The notes: generated by a model from the sequence alone, not told the origin. 64,000 bases of DNA from Candidatus Aceula meridiana (GCA_030765185.1 JAVCDE010000026.1:108007-172006), one strand, 5' to 3'. Shown: positions 37,691 to 48,144, counted from the first letter of the stretch. Numbers and translations are program-made.

Positions 37691-38827
37691 ATGAATCAAC
37701 CTAAAATAGGCATTAAGACAATTGTTTTTTCACAGGCATCAGGAAGAGTCAAAGTTCTTAAGTTAATTGACTATTTTTTGGGAACGTTTGTAGCAACTAT
37801 TCTTCCGTCACAAGCAGTCTTTTTTAAGAAGCAATTTAAAGCATCAAGAATTTTGATTATTAGACCAGGAGGAATAGGGGACGCAATCTTTTTGATTCCC
37901 GCTATCAAAGAGATCAAGAAGCAACTATCAGGAATAGAGATTGATGTTCTTTGCGAAAAACGAAACAGACAAGTATTTTATCTTGAGAAAGATTTGGTAA
38001 GAAATATCTATTGCCGAGAAAAAATAAGGGATATGTGCGTCGTTTTTAATAACACATATGACGTTATTTTTGATTCTGAACAATGGCATTATCTTAGCGC
38101 GGTCTTCGCCTCTTTTTTAAAATCAAAAATAAGGGTTGGGTTTGCGACGCGCCCTTTAAGAAAAAAGTTGTTTAACTGTCGAATAGATTATGATGTTAAC
38201 GCCTATGAGTTGGATAATTTTAAGAATTTATTTGGATGCATTCTTAAAAAAAACGCAGGTCAGAAAGATATAAATAATTGCATCTCAATTGCTCAGCAAG
38301 AAGTCGTGCCAGCATCATGCCAAATATCAAGTGATTATGCAGTATTTGCCATTGGCGCAAGTATACCTGCGAGAAAGTTGAGAAGTGAGCAGATAAAGAA
38401 AGTAGTTAATATACTCATAGAGAGAAATCTAAATGTTGTTTTGCTTGGAGGGAAAGAGGCTGTCTCTTTAGGGCAATGCATAGATGAGTCTTTAAATGAT
38501 GAAAGGGTACATAACTATACGGGAAAGACTAGTTTAGCAAAAAGCGCTGATTTGATAAGAAATAGTAAGCTATTTATTGGCTCTGATTCAGGGATAATGC
38601 ATTTAGCGTGTGCTGTCGGGACTCCAGTCCAAGCAATTTTTGGTCCAGGCAATAAAAATAAATGGGGTCCACAAGGAGAAAAACATTTAATAGTCTCAAA
38701 GGGTCTAGAGTGCTCTCCTTGCACGGTATTCGGATATACAAACCCAACATGTAAGAGAAAATATTTATGTATGCAGGATATTGATATGAAGCAATTCTTT
38801 GATTCTATCAAAAGAATATTATGTTGA
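37691..38827 (+). CDS. glycosyltransferase family 9 (heptosyltransferase-like)
   Basis: ILIIRPGGIGDAIFLIPAIKEIKKQ N-terminal motif and a C-terminal GSDSGIMHLACAVGTP region. Confidence 0.75.
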   Translation: MNQPKIGIKTIVFSQASGRVKVLKLIDYFLGTFVATILPSQAVFFKKQFKASRILIIRPGGIGDAIFLIPAIKEIKKQLSGIEIDVLCEKRNRQVFYLEKDLVRNIYCREKIRDMCVVFNNTYDVIFDSEQWHYLSAVFASFLKSKIRVGFATRPLRKKLFNCRIDYDVNAYELDNFKNLFGCILKKNAGQKDINNCISIAQQEVVPASCQISSDYAVFAIGASIPARKLRSEQIKKVVNILIERNLNVVLLGGKEAVSLGQCIDESLNDERVHNYTGKTSLAKSADLIRNSKLFIGSDSGIMHLACAVGTPVQAIFGPGNKNKWGPQGEKHLIVSKGLECSPCTVFGYTNPTCKRKYLCMQDIDMKQFFDSIKRILC

Positions 38828-39735
38828 AATCTATAAGGACATATCGTCTGGCGAAGGATGTTTGTTGTGCTATTTGCAGGAGTCAAGAAGCAAAAGAGAT
38901 ATATGAATATTCTTATGAAAATAAAGAATATTTAATAGTGCAATGTTTGTCCTGTGGCCATTTATTTATCGCTTCTAATCTTTTAGTAAGTTTATCATCG
39001 CGCAGCATGGAAACAATTGAAGATGCTGAAATGCATGGTAGTCGCGCAATGAAGAATTTACATAAGCAATTTATTATAAAAAAAGAAATCAAGAAGACAA
39101 GACAGATTATAAGCAAGCCGCATCCCCGACTTTTAGACATTGGATGCGGAACGGGCTGGATCACAAATATATGGAAAGAAAGTGGTTTTGATGTTGTTGG
39201 GCTGGAGCCTTCACAGCAAAGGGCAAGAATCGCTGAAAGCAAATACAGCTTTCCTGTTTGCAAATCATATATTGAGGATTATTTTCCAGAAGAGAAGTTT
39301 GATGTGATTATCCTGCGTCATGTTTTAGAGCATATTGAAAATCCGACGGAGATATTAAATAAAATAAGAAGTTGGCTGGGCGCAGGAGGGATGTTAATTA
39401 TTACAGTACCCAATATAAATTCGATTGGAAGATATTTGTTTAGGAAGAATTGGGAATGGGTTTTGCCGTGGCATCTACATTTTTTTAAGCCAGACACCCT
39501 AATGGCCCTTACTCAAAAAACAGGTTTCCAAAAAGTGCATTTTTACCAAACACCGTCTCCTTTGTGGTATCCAGCAAGTTTTGGGAGAATCTTTAGAAAA
39601 GGGAGTAAGCTGAGGCAATATTTTTGTCAGGCACCTAGCGTGATTAAGCTGTTACCTTTTTTTCCTTTGATCTTAATTGGGTACATCTTTAATTTAAATG
39701 ATAATATGACACTATTTTTGAAGAAAGATGCATAA
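38821..39735 (+). CDS. class I SAM-dependent methyltransferase with N-terminal Cys4 ribbon
   Basis: LLDIGCGTGWIT (motif I). CAICRS ... CLSCGH. The start overlaps the GT9 stop. Confidence 0.75.
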   Translation: MLKSIRTYRLAKDVCCAICRSQEAKEIYEYSYENKEYLIVQCLSCGHLFIASNLLVSLSSRSMETIEDAEMHGSRAMKNLHKQFIIKKEIKKTRQIISKPHPRLLDIGCGTGWITNIWKESGFDVVGLEPSQQRARIAESKYSFPVCKSYIEDYFPEEKFDVIILRHVLEHIENPTEILNKIRSWLGAGGMLIITVPNINSIGRYLFRKNWEWVLPWHLHFFKPDTLMALTQKTGFQKVHFYQTPSPLWYPASFGRIFRKGSKLRQYFCQAPSVIKLLPFFPLILIGYIFNLNDNMTLFLKKDA

Positions 39736-39858
39736 GAGTGATTTTATTGGATGACTATCAGGAAAGATCAGCTAAGCCATTTTTTTAATTTTTTTAGAAA
39801 TCAAAAGTTTGTGGAGATATTTTTATCAAAGTCATTCAACAGCGAATGAGCCGATGAT

Positions 39859-42177
39859 ATGGACAAGAAGAAACTAAAAATTGTTTTTTATCGACATAGC
39901 CTATTGAGCCGAGGTGGTGACAAGATGATTATTTCCTATGCTAATTTTTTGTCAAAGCAAGGGCATGATGTTTGTTTGTATGCGAATATTTTTAAGACAA
40001 AATTTTTTGTTGATGAAAAAGTATCCGTTAAGCGAATTCCCTTAAGAACAAAATTTGGAACGATTTTGTGGGCCCTCCTAAAGGACATTGATGCTGACGT
40101 TGTTATCGCAGATATTATTGCAATGTCAGTATTTTTGTTTGCCCGAAATACAAAGCGTGTTTTGTATTTTGCACAAGATTATGATATTTTTTATTACAAA
40201 AGTATTGTGCTGCGCGTTTTAGTCTGGTTTTTTTATGTTGTTGGTTTAAAAGTTTTCAGGATTCCCTGCCTTGCAGTATCTGAAGGACTAAAAAAAGAAC
40301 TGAGTAGATTTAATAATGATATTAGTGTTGTCCAAAACGGGATTGATCTTAAGATTTTTTCACAGCAAGGAGACAGAATTCCAGGAGAGCATAAAAAATC
40401 AATTTTAATTTTTGCGCGGAAAGACTCAAGAAAAGGTTTGGATGTTTCAATAAAAGCATTAAAGGATTTTAATCTTCCTGATGCAGAAATTTGGGTAATA
40501 GGAGAGGAGCTTAGGGGCGAAGATTTTTCTATGCTTGTTCGGAATTTTGGCTATGTTTCCCCTGAAAGGGTTGCGATGATTTTACGAAGCGCAGCTGTTC
40601 TTTTGTATCCGAGCTACCATGAAGGCTTTGGGCTATTGGTTCTAGAGTCTATGGCCTGCGGCTGCCCCGTGGTAGCGACAGATACGGTTGGATTTATTAG
40701 GCATCAAGAAACAGGCTGGTTATCCTCTCTCGGTGATCCAGGCAGTTTTAAGGCGGGAATTGTTGCCCTGTTTGAGGACTACTCTTTTAGAGAAAAAATT
40801 GTTCAAAATGGTCTCCATCTGACAAAGCAATATGATATAAAAAAAAGCTGTTGGGATTTTGAAAAAGAGATATCGCAAAAGGTTGGTCAGATTAAAGAAA
40901 GAAAAAATGCAAAGGAACATAATTTGAAAGAAAGTTATAAAGACTATAAGTTCTATAATTTTCCTAAAAAATTATCTGTTGAGGATTATTACCAAGCAGA
41001 AAAAGAATTACTTTTATTTCTTTCAACAATCCCATGGATTAAGTCTGTCTATTATTATGGGTCTTATCCCGAATCTTTTATTCCGGGTTTATCCGACATT
41101 GACTTTATTTGCGTTATAGATCCTGCAATGAAGCACGATTTTTACCAAGTTTACCGATGGCTTAAGAAACATAAGTTTTTTCAAAATTTTGTTTATGATC
41201 AGGCTCCTTATTTTGTATCTGAGGATGTTTTTAGAAAGAGCCCTTATTATTTAACGAATTCCAGCTGGAGTTATAAATACAAATCCGGTGAGAGAATTAT
41301 TTTTCAAGATATTGATAAGACTCAAAAGTATTTTGTTTTATTGGTTCAGAATATAAGTTACGTCATTTTTGCTTTATCCCAACTAAATTTTTATTTAAGA
41401 ATAAGAGGTGTAAATGTTAGGAGATCACTCAATTTGTTAAAAGGGATAAGATCCAGAATTGAAGAGCTAAGAGGTTTGGATTTCTTAAATCCGAGGTGTG
41501 AAGAATTTCTAGAAGAGCTTCAAAATATTCGTAAAAATTGGTTCTTACTATCAACTCAAAAACAAAAATTAGAGATTTTACAAATGCTTGTAACAGGGAA
41601 ATGCCTTCTTGAGGAAATCGTCATATTTTTAAATAAGCATGCAGATGGCTTTCTTTTTACAAGAGCAAAAAATAAGAGAGAGGACCCTATTTTATTAAAA
41701 ACAGAAAGAAATATTTTGGCTATTTTTTCAGATAAGAGGTGGGAGCAAAGAGGATCTTCTTTTAGTCATAAAAGAATTTTCTTGGGTAACAAAATGCCAG
41801 TTTTCTTTTATCGATTAATGGATTTTTCTTGTTGGAATATTGTTGTCTTGCCGGAGAGTTTAGCTAATTACTTCTTTGCTATTTTAAGTTGTAAAAATAG
41901 TTTTAGCGGAAAAATAAAATCTTCTCTTATGTCGTCTCGTAATTTCTTTTTAACAAAATTAAATTGCCCCTTTTTAAATATTATACAAACGCAGGCCGAG
42001 TTTTATGATCGCTATTGGCAATTTTTGAACGCAACTCGATACGGGGCAAGCTTTTGTCCGTTTGTGCAACTTTTTATCAACGAAAGCATCGAGCTGTTTA
42101 GCCGTAATAATATTTTGCGTAAAATGATAAGATATTTATCGCGTTATAATTTTTGTTCCATTTTGAAAAAAATGTAG
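39859..42177 (+). CDS. GT4 glycosyltransferase fused to a C-terminal nucleotidyltransferase-fold domain (paralog 1)
   Basis: The N-terminal ~370 aa carry the GT4 motif EGFGLLVLESMACGCPVVATD. The C-terminal ~400 aa start YNFPKKLSVEDY ... YYYGSYPESFIPGLSDIDFICVID, fitting the Pol-beta NTase motif [GS]x9-13DxD. Confidence 0.6.
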   Translation: MDKKKLKIVFYRHSLLSRGGDKMIISYANFLSKQGHDVCLYANIFKTKFFVDEKVSVKRIPLRTKFGTILWALLKDIDADVVIADIIAMSVFLFARNTKRVLYFAQDYDIFYYKSIVLRVLVWFFYVVGLKVFRIPCLAVSEGLKKELSRFNNDISVVQNGIDLKIFSQQGDRIPGEHKKSILIFARKDSRKGLDVSIKALKDFNLPDAEIWVIGEELRGEDFSMLVRNFGYVSPERVAMILRSAAVLLYPSYHEGFGLLVLESMACGCPVVATDTVGFIRHQETGWLSSLGDPGSFKAGIVALFEDYSFREKIVQNGLHLTKQYDIKKSCWDFEKEISQKVGQIKERKNAKEHNLKESYKDYKFYNFPKKLSVEDYYQAEKELLLFLSTIPWIKSVYYYGSYPESFIPGLSDIDFICVIDPAMKHDFYQVYRWLKKHKFFQNFVYDQAPYFVSEDVFRKSPYYLTNSSWSYKYKSGERIIFQDIDKTQKYFVLLVQNISYVIFALSQLNFYLRIRGVNVRRSLNLLKGIRSRIEELRGLDFLNPRCEEFLEELQNIRKNWFLLSTQKQKLEILQMLVTGKCLLEEIVIFLNKHADGFLFTRAKNKREDPILLKTERNILAIFSDKRWEQRGSSFSHKRIFLGNKMPVFFYRLMDFSCWNIVVLPESLANYFFAILSCKNSFSGKIKSSLMSSRNFFLTKLNCPFLNIIQTQAEFYDRYWQFLNATRYGASFCPFVQLFINESIELFSRNNILRKMIRYLSRYNFCSILKKM

Positions 42178-42187
42178 GAGTGCCAGA

Positions 42188-43471
42188 GTGACTGGAGAAC
42201 AGGTTATAAGTAAAAATATTAAAGATTATAATTTTTTTAATTTTCCTAAGAAATTAAGCTTGGCGGATTATAAGGAAACTAAATCAAAAGTTATTTCCTA
42301 TCTTTCCAAGCAAAAAGGCGTTGTCTCTGTGTATACATTTGGAACATCTCGTGACATTTCCTGCCCTGGGATTTCTGATTTGGATATCGCCTTCATTCTT
42401 GATGAGGGAGCCAGGATTGACGGGGGGTGTTTTCATCAACTTCCTAGAGCTGGTAATAAAGATAAATATATTCTTCAGCATGGTTTGGGTTTTGGAGTTG
42501 ATAAATTCATTTTTAAGAATATTAAAAAAGTTTTATTCTTTCCAAATTCTGATTTGTTTCTAGAGTGGGGCCAGGGCATTCAGCTCGATTCGCCGTCTTT
42601 TAATGAGAAAAAGTTTTGTTATTTATCGAAGATTTATAAGACTGCGCTTAATTTGTCGACGGTATTTAATTTATTAGAGCTTAGGTCAATCAACATCCTA
42701 CATGCATTGAAATGTTTGAACGGAAATTGTCATGATATTAGGTCTGCGCAAGAGATAGGAATTAATCGAGATAATTGGGATGATTATGTCGATGAGGTTC
42801 TTTTGTTAAGAAGAGAATGGTTTATGTTTAAACAAAAAGAAGCTGTGGCACTTCTTTTTAGTCTATTGCACAAGTCGCTTGAGATTTTTAGAAGTCTTAT
42901 CGAAGCGTTTGAATCCTTTTCCGTATCTGAGGGAATTCCATCGCTAGAAACAAATGAGGTTAAGATTTTTGATACAAATTTTAACTGGATTATTCTTTTT
43001 TCGGATATGCATTGGAGGGATCTAGGATTTTCGGAGGCAGACTTTTGTCGTTCAAAGGCTTTAAATTATTTTCCATTGTTTCTAAAAGAAATTAAAAGAA
43101 AGACAAAGACCAAGATTTCCATTTTACCAGAGAGGGCGTTTATTCTGATTTATTTTTATGCACTTTTTGGAAGTTCTCTTAACCAGAATTTTAAGAGTAA
43201 GCTTCTTTTTAAAGAAATGCCTGATTTTACGTTAGGTAAGCTGCCTTATTATGGTGAATTCTATAATCGCGCTAACCTTTTTAGTCATTATTGGAGTTTT
43301 TTAAAAGAAAACAAATTGACTCGGATTTGGTTTCCCTGTGTTTCTTTTGTTGCCCAACCGGATTATTTATCACAAAATATAAAGTTTCAAGCTTGGAGGG
43401 TATTTTCCAATTATGATAAAAGAAGGACTTTGAGCAAAATATTAAACAGTAAAGAATTTTTGAATGGATAA
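42188..43471 (+). CDS. nucleotidyltransferase-fold protein, paralog 2
   Basis: FNFPKKLSLADY ... VYTFGTSRDISCPGISDLDIAFILD aligns with the C-terminal half of the previous gene and with the gene at 46031. Confidence 0.5.
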   Translation: MTGEQVISKNIKDYNFFNFPKKLSLADYKETKSKVISYLSKQKGVVSVYTFGTSRDISCPGISDLDIAFILDEGARIDGGCFHQLPRAGNKDKYILQHGLGFGVDKFIFKNIKKVLFFPNSDLFLEWGQGIQLDSPSFNEKKFCYLSKIYKTALNLSTVFNLLELRSINILHALKCLNGNCHDIRSAQEIGINRDNWDDYVDEVLLLRREWFMFKQKEAVALLFSLLHKSLEIFRSLIEAFESFSVSEGIPSLETNEVKIFDTNFNWIILFSDMHWRDLGFSEADFCRSKALNYFPLFLKEIKRKTKTKISILPERAFILIYFYALFGSSLNQNFKSKLLFKEMPDFTLGKLPYYGEFYNRANLFSHYWSFLKENKLTRIWFPCVSFVAQPDYLSQNIKFQAWRVFSNYDKRRTLSKILNSKEFLNG

Positions 43472-43480
43472 AAAAGAGTC

Positions 43481-44977
43481 ATGGCAAAGAAACAGCTAAT
43501 ATTTCTTACAATTATTTTACTTATTGCGATGTATTTTCAAATACATGATCTTGATCAGGAGAGTTTTCGATCTGACGAGGGATTCTCGGTCATGACAAGT
43601 CACCTTAGCTTATCCAAGATTATCCAAAAAACTTCTCTTGATGTTCATCCACCTCTTTATTATTTTATTTTACATTATTGGATGGAGTGGCTTGGAGATT
43701 CAGAATATTCAACGCGCCTGCTTTCTGTTGTTTTTGGTTTTTTGTTAATTTTCATGGTTTATCGATTAGGGTGTCTTATTTTCGATAAAGATGTAGGGCT
43801 TTTAGGGGCTTTTTTTGTTGCGCTTTCTAAGTTTCATATCAAGTATTCGCAAGACGCAAGAGGCTATAGTCTTTTAGCTTTTTTGGCGGTAGCATCGATG
43901 CACAGCTTTATAAAACTTTTTAAAAAAGAAAATAGGAATATTGACTATCTTGGATATATTTTCTTCAGCACTCTTTTAATATACACGCATATCTACGGTT
44001 TATTTATTATTATAGCGCAAAATATTTATTTTATAGTGTTGTGCTATTTTTCAAAATGGAAACGTAATTTTTGTTTTAAGAAATGGATTTTTTTGCAGAC
44101 GACACTTTTTATTTTGTTTCTTCCATGGGTTAGGGTTTTTATCGGGCAGGTATTTAGAATACAGGGGCACTATTGGATACGTGATCCTAGCATCCTGACG
44201 ACTTTTAGATTTTTAATTATTATTCTTGGTTCTAGGTCGTTGCTTTTTTTATTTTCAGTGTTGATACTCTTCGCCCTGGTAAGGCTTAGAAATAAGGATG
44301 AACTCTTTTTCAAAAAAAGCTTTTCAGAATCTTCTAATCCTTGTCACTCTAATAACAAATTGACGTTTTTTGAAAAGAATTTTTTTCTTCTTATGTGGAT
44401 TTTGACTCCCATGGTCCTGCCGTTTATCATTTCTAAGATTTCCACCCCCATTTACCATCACCGATATCTCATGGCGGCTTCGCCGGCTTTTTTCTTATTA
44501 GCGGCCAGAGGAATGGTGAATATAAGGAAATATAGCAAATATGTTGGTCTTTCTCTGCTCTTTATTATCATTTCTTTTTCTTTATTAGAAATCAATGAGT
44601 ATTATGACAAGGTGAAAAAGCATCAGTGGCGAGAAGCAGCTTATTATATTGAATCAAAAGCAAAAACTCAGGATTTATTATTGTTTAACGCAGGATTCTG
44701 TAGGGAAACTGCTTTTGCCTATTATTCTCGGAGAGCGGACATCACCAGGAGATCTTTTCCTCCAAAAGCTATTTTTGCTAATGAAGGCAACATAAGGAAT
44801 CTTGATCCGATCATTGAGCCCTATGATCGGGTTTGGTTTATATTGGCGCATAATCACGACCCTAAAAAGCTGATACTTAAAAAACTCAGCAAAGAGTATT
44901 GCTTGGTTGACTATAAAGAATACTTCTTAATAAAAATATTTTTATTTGAGAAAATCAACCCTAAGGCTCGGGAGTGA
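43481..44977 (+). CDS. PMT/ArnT-family GT-C glycosyltransferase (COG1807-like)
   Basis: Polytopic protein with DVHPPLYYFILHYWMEW in the first periplasmic loop, the conserved D-x-HPPL motif of ArnT/PMT-type GT-C enzymes. Confidence 0.65.
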   Translation: MAKKQLIFLTIILLIAMYFQIHDLDQESFRSDEGFSVMTSHLSLSKIIQKTSLDVHPPLYYFILHYWMEWLGDSEYSTRLLSVVFGFLLIFMVYRLGCLIFDKDVGLLGAFFVALSKFHIKYSQDARGYSLLAFLAVASMHSFIKLFKKENRNIDYLGYIFFSTLLIYTHIYGLFIIIAQNIYFIVLCYFSKWKRNFCFKKWIFLQTTLFILFLPWVRVFIGQVFRIQGHYWIRDPSILTTFRFLIIILGSRSLLFLFSVLILFALVRLRNKDELFFKKSFSESSNPCHSNNKLTFFEKNFFLLMWILTPMVLPFIISKISTPIYHHRYLMAASPAFFLLAARGMVNIRKYSKYVGLSLLFIIISFSLLEINEYYDKVKKHQWREAAYYIESKAKTQDLLLFNAGFCRETAFAYYSRRADITRRSFPPKAIFANEGNIRNLDPIIEPYDRVWFILAHNHDPKKLILKKLSKEYCLVDYKEYFLIKIFLFEKINPKARE

Positions 44978-45047
44978 ATTAATAGTTATAAAAATTTTTA
45001 GGATTTAAGAATTAATTTATAAAGTCTGTTTTTTCAGTGTTTACTTA

Positions 45048-46034
45048 TTGGATAATTTTGAAAGGATGGCTCTTGTGAGGATAGGAAAAGAATGGAAAGT
45101 TTTAAGAATTTCTAGAAAAAAGGTATTTTTGATAATGCTGCTACTTGTAGTTACTTTTTTCTTCTCGAGGAAGCCAGCTGATGTCCCTGAGCCAGTAGAT
45201 ATCCTTAATAATGCTCCGTTTGGGCATCCTTTTATAATTTATGAAAATAATGATTTTTATGCTATCTATAAGCCCCCTGGCTACATTGTTAGCGTTTCGT
45301 CAACTAATAAGCATGGAAATTTAGAGAATTTAGATCCAAATGGGCTTTTTCTTCAGAAGTGGTTGTCAGATAATTTTACGTACCCTATATCTAAGAATCC
45401 AAAGTATCGATACGGCCTGTTGCATCGATTAGATAAAAATACTTCTGGGGTTGTCCTTGCGGCTAAGAATGCTGCTTTTTGGGATTATGGATGGAGAGAA
45501 TTTTTTTATAAAAGAAAAATAAAAAAGAAGTATTTTGCCTTGGTTCATGGGAGGGTAGATCAATGCGGAGGAGATATTGCTAGAAGCATTGCGTGTTCAC
45601 ACACAAGAAACTTTAGATCTTTTACATGCAGGACCGTTCATCCAAAAAAAGGAAAATGTGCATTCTCTCGATATAAAGTTCTAGATTATTTTCAGAATAA
45701 AACAACAAAAGAATATTATTCTTTATTAGAGGTTCAAATCATAACAGGGAGAACTCATCAGATTAGAGTACACGTGTCTTCTATAGGGCATCCAATAGTT
45801 AGTGATGATAGATATATAGATGATAAAAATATGTTAGATGCGGACAGGGATTTCTGTCCAAGGATTTTTTTGCATGCAAAAGAAGTTTTTTTTCCTTATC
45901 ACGGTAAGATGATAAGAATTATTTCAGAGTTGCCAGAGGATTTAAAAAAAGCTTTGAGCCGGATAGATTTTTACGGGAAATGCTATAAGGAAGAAGAAAC
46001 TTATGGCAAAGCAGAGAGCAAAGGAGAACAATGA
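45048..46034 (+). CDS. RluA-family pseudouridine synthase with N-terminal TM helix
   Basis: HRLDKNTSGVVL is the catalytic Asp motif, and GRTHQIRVH is present. An N-terminal hydrophobic segment (VFLIMLLLVVTFFF) is present. No S4 domain. Confidence 0.7.
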   Translation: MDNFERMALVRIGKEWKVLRISRKKVFLIMLLLVVTFFFSRKPADVPEPVDILNNAPFGHPFIIYENNDFYAIYKPPGYIVSVSSTNKHGNLENLDPNGLFLQKWLSDNFTYPISKNPKYRYGLLHRLDKNTSGVVLAAKNAAFWDYGWREFFYKRKIKKKYFALVHGRVDQCGGDIARSIACSHTRNFRSFTCRTVHPKKGKCAFSRYKVLDYFQNKTTKEYYSLLEVQIITGRTHQIRVHVSSIGHPIVSDDRYIDDKNMLDADRDFCPRIFLHAKEVFFPYHGKMIRIISELPEDLKKALSRIDFYGKCYKEEETYGKAESKGEQ

Positions 46035-47305
46035 AAAGCACACCTTTTTTTTGTAATTTTCCGAAGAAATTAACTTTAAGAGATTATCAGGACGCAAAAA
46101 AAGATATTATTTGCAGCTTAGAAAAAGATTCTAGAGTTTCTTCTATTTATTCTTTTGGAAGCCGCGTAGAGGAAGGGTTAGATCCTGGTATTTCTGATAT
46201 GGATTTTCTTGTTTTAATAAAGAAAAAAGTGCGTGCGGAACTGGAAAATAAAAATCGATTTGAAGATAAGGCCTACGGAAGCGAGATCATTCGGTATATT
46301 TTAATGAACCAGCCAGCATGTTATCCGATAAGCGAGGGTTATTTAAGGCATTTTTCGTATTTTTTATGTAACGCTACAACACGTTTACAATGCGAGAAAG
46401 GGTATCAAGTTGACTACGGAGAGTTTTGTGAGACAAAAGGTGTAGAAGATAAAGTGGTTGTTTTGGGTGTCATTGCCCAAATTATAGAAATGTCGATAGC
46501 TAAAATTTGTATTTTACATGGAAGCCTCAACTCTGGAAGAATGGATGCGCGATTAATTTTAAAAATTTTACGCGGGATAAAAAACAATATTAAAAGGATG
46601 AAGGTTCTAGGATTTACCGATACTCGGTGGGATAATTTTATTGATTACATATCGGTTTTTAGGAAGGATTGGCATTCTTTTGAAAAGAAGGATCAAGAAA
46701 CTTTTTTAAAAGAGCAAAGGCTTCTTGGGTTAGAAATTTGTATCGAAATTTTATCAGAGCTTGATCAATTTCTTAGAAATAATATCTTCACTTCTTTGCA
46801 TGGAAGCAAGACTGCTCGAAATCTTTTGATGAAAGTTCATGATAATCGATTTATTTTATTTTCGGATTTTTTATGGAATAAAAAGCAGAATCTTTTCTTA
46901 GCTTTAAATAAAATAAGAAAAATAAATTTAAAACCTTGGGATATCGTTGTTCTGCCAGAATCGGTCTTTTTTTATTTTAGTTGTCATGCACAAATAGACA
47001 GCTTGTTAGGGCGATCCATAAGATCGATGATGGCATTCCCTGGGGTGGACATATCGGTGGAGAAGGTCGATGATTCTTACAGAGACGCTTTTTTTAAGCA
47101 AGCAGAGATCTATAGTCAATATTGGAATTTTTTATTAGAAAATGGTTTTAGTTATGGAATCGGGGGGCTAACCAGATTATTTTATAGGGAGCATCCCTTA
47201 AGAAATTTAAAGTCTAGAATAAAGAGGGTCATTTCTTTTTTTTATAAGCGAAATGCCTTGAGAAAGATTCAAAAGTTGTTTGGATGTGATACGCACGGAT
47301 TATAA
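46031..47305 (+). CDS. nucleotidyltransferase-fold protein, paralog 3
   Basis: CNFPKKLTLRDY ... IYSFGSRVEEGLDPGISDMDFLVLI. Overlaps the RluA stop by 4 nt. Confidence 0.5.
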   Translation: MKSTPFFCNFPKKLTLRDYQDAKKDIICSLEKDSRVSSIYSFGSRVEEGLDPGISDMDFLVLIKKKVRAELENKNRFEDKAYGSEIIRYILMNQPACYPISEGYLRHFSYFLCNATTRLQCEKGYQVDYGEFCETKGVEDKVVVLGVIAQIIEMSIAKICILHGSLNSGRMDARLILKILRGIKNNIKRMKVLGFTDTRWDNFIDYISVFRKDWHSFEKKDQETFLKEQRLLGLEICIEILSELDQFLRNNIFTSLHGSKTARNLLMKVHDNRFILFSDFLWNKKQNLFLALNKIRKINLKPWDIVVLPESVFFYFSCHAQIDSLLGRSIRSMMAFPGVDISVEKVDDSYRDAFFKQAEIYSQYWNFLLENGFSYGIGGLTRLFYREHPLRNLKSRIKRVISFFYKRNALRKIQKLFGCDTHGL

Positions 47306-47415
47306 GAATAAACTTTAAGACGTAAGGTTCTTAGAGTTCAGATGGTACCAAAGTTAATTTTTTTGTGTATAAAGTTTTTTTTGAGGTGAGTGTGCTTTGA
47401 ACAGCAGCCTATGCG

Positions 47416-48144
47416 TCAAAGAATTTCTTCCTGATGGGATATTTCTGATTTGTTTAGAAATATGATTCGATCTGCCAGTTGCTGCATGAGAGAGAGATCG
47501 TGAGTTACCAGCAGAAGAGTTTTTCCTTTAGTTTTTAGTTCATTCATTTTGGCAAGGCATTTTCTTTTAAAATCTTCATCGCCCACTGCAATAATCTCAT
47601 CGATTAAATAAATATCTGCCTGGCTATGAATCGCGATAGAAAATGCCAGTCGTAAATACATACCCGAAGAATATTTTTTTACGGGCATATCAATAAATTC
47701 TTGGATTTCAGAGAAATCAATAATAAGGTCTAACAGATTCTTTATCTCAGGAATTTTCATCCCCAAGATTGCACCGTTAATAAAAATGTTTTCCCTTCCT
47801 GTCAAGTCTTTATGAAATCCTGCGCCAATTTCAAGAAGAGGCGCTATTCTTCCTTCTGCCTTGATTGTTCCTTTTGTCGGATAAGTTACTCCTGCGATTA
47901 GTTTTAGGATAGTACTTTTCCCAGCACCATTTGGTCCATAAAAGCCTAAAGTTTCTCCTTGAGCTATTGTCAGGTTGATTTTTTTTAGTGCCCAGAATTC
48001 GTCAGAACTGAGGTCTTTATTTTTTTTAAATTGAAATATATTAGCAATATCTTCACGCAATGATTTATGAAAGATTCTACTGCGTGAATATTTTTTCCAG
48101 ATATTTTTAAATTCGATTATTGGAGCATTAGATGACATCGGCAA
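47416..48144 (-). CDS. ABC transporter ATPase, Wzt/TagH-like (polysaccharide export)
   Basis: Walker A GPNGAGKST, signature YSSGMYLRL, Walker B IYLIDEIIAVGD. 242 aa, no C-terminal carbohydrate-binding domain. Confidence 0.8.
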   Translation of the reverse strand: MPMSSNAPIIEFKNIWKKYSRSRIFHKSLREDIANIFQFKKNKDLSSDEFWALKKINLTIAQGETLGFYGPNGAGKSTILKLIAGVTYPTKGTIKAEGRIAPLLEIGAGFHKDLTGRENIFINGAILGMKIPEIKNLLDLIIDFSEIQEFIDMPVKKYSSGMYLRLAFSIAIHSQADIYLIDEIIAVGDEDFKRKCLAKMNELKTKGKTLLLVTHDLSLMQQLADRIIFLNKSEISHQEEIL

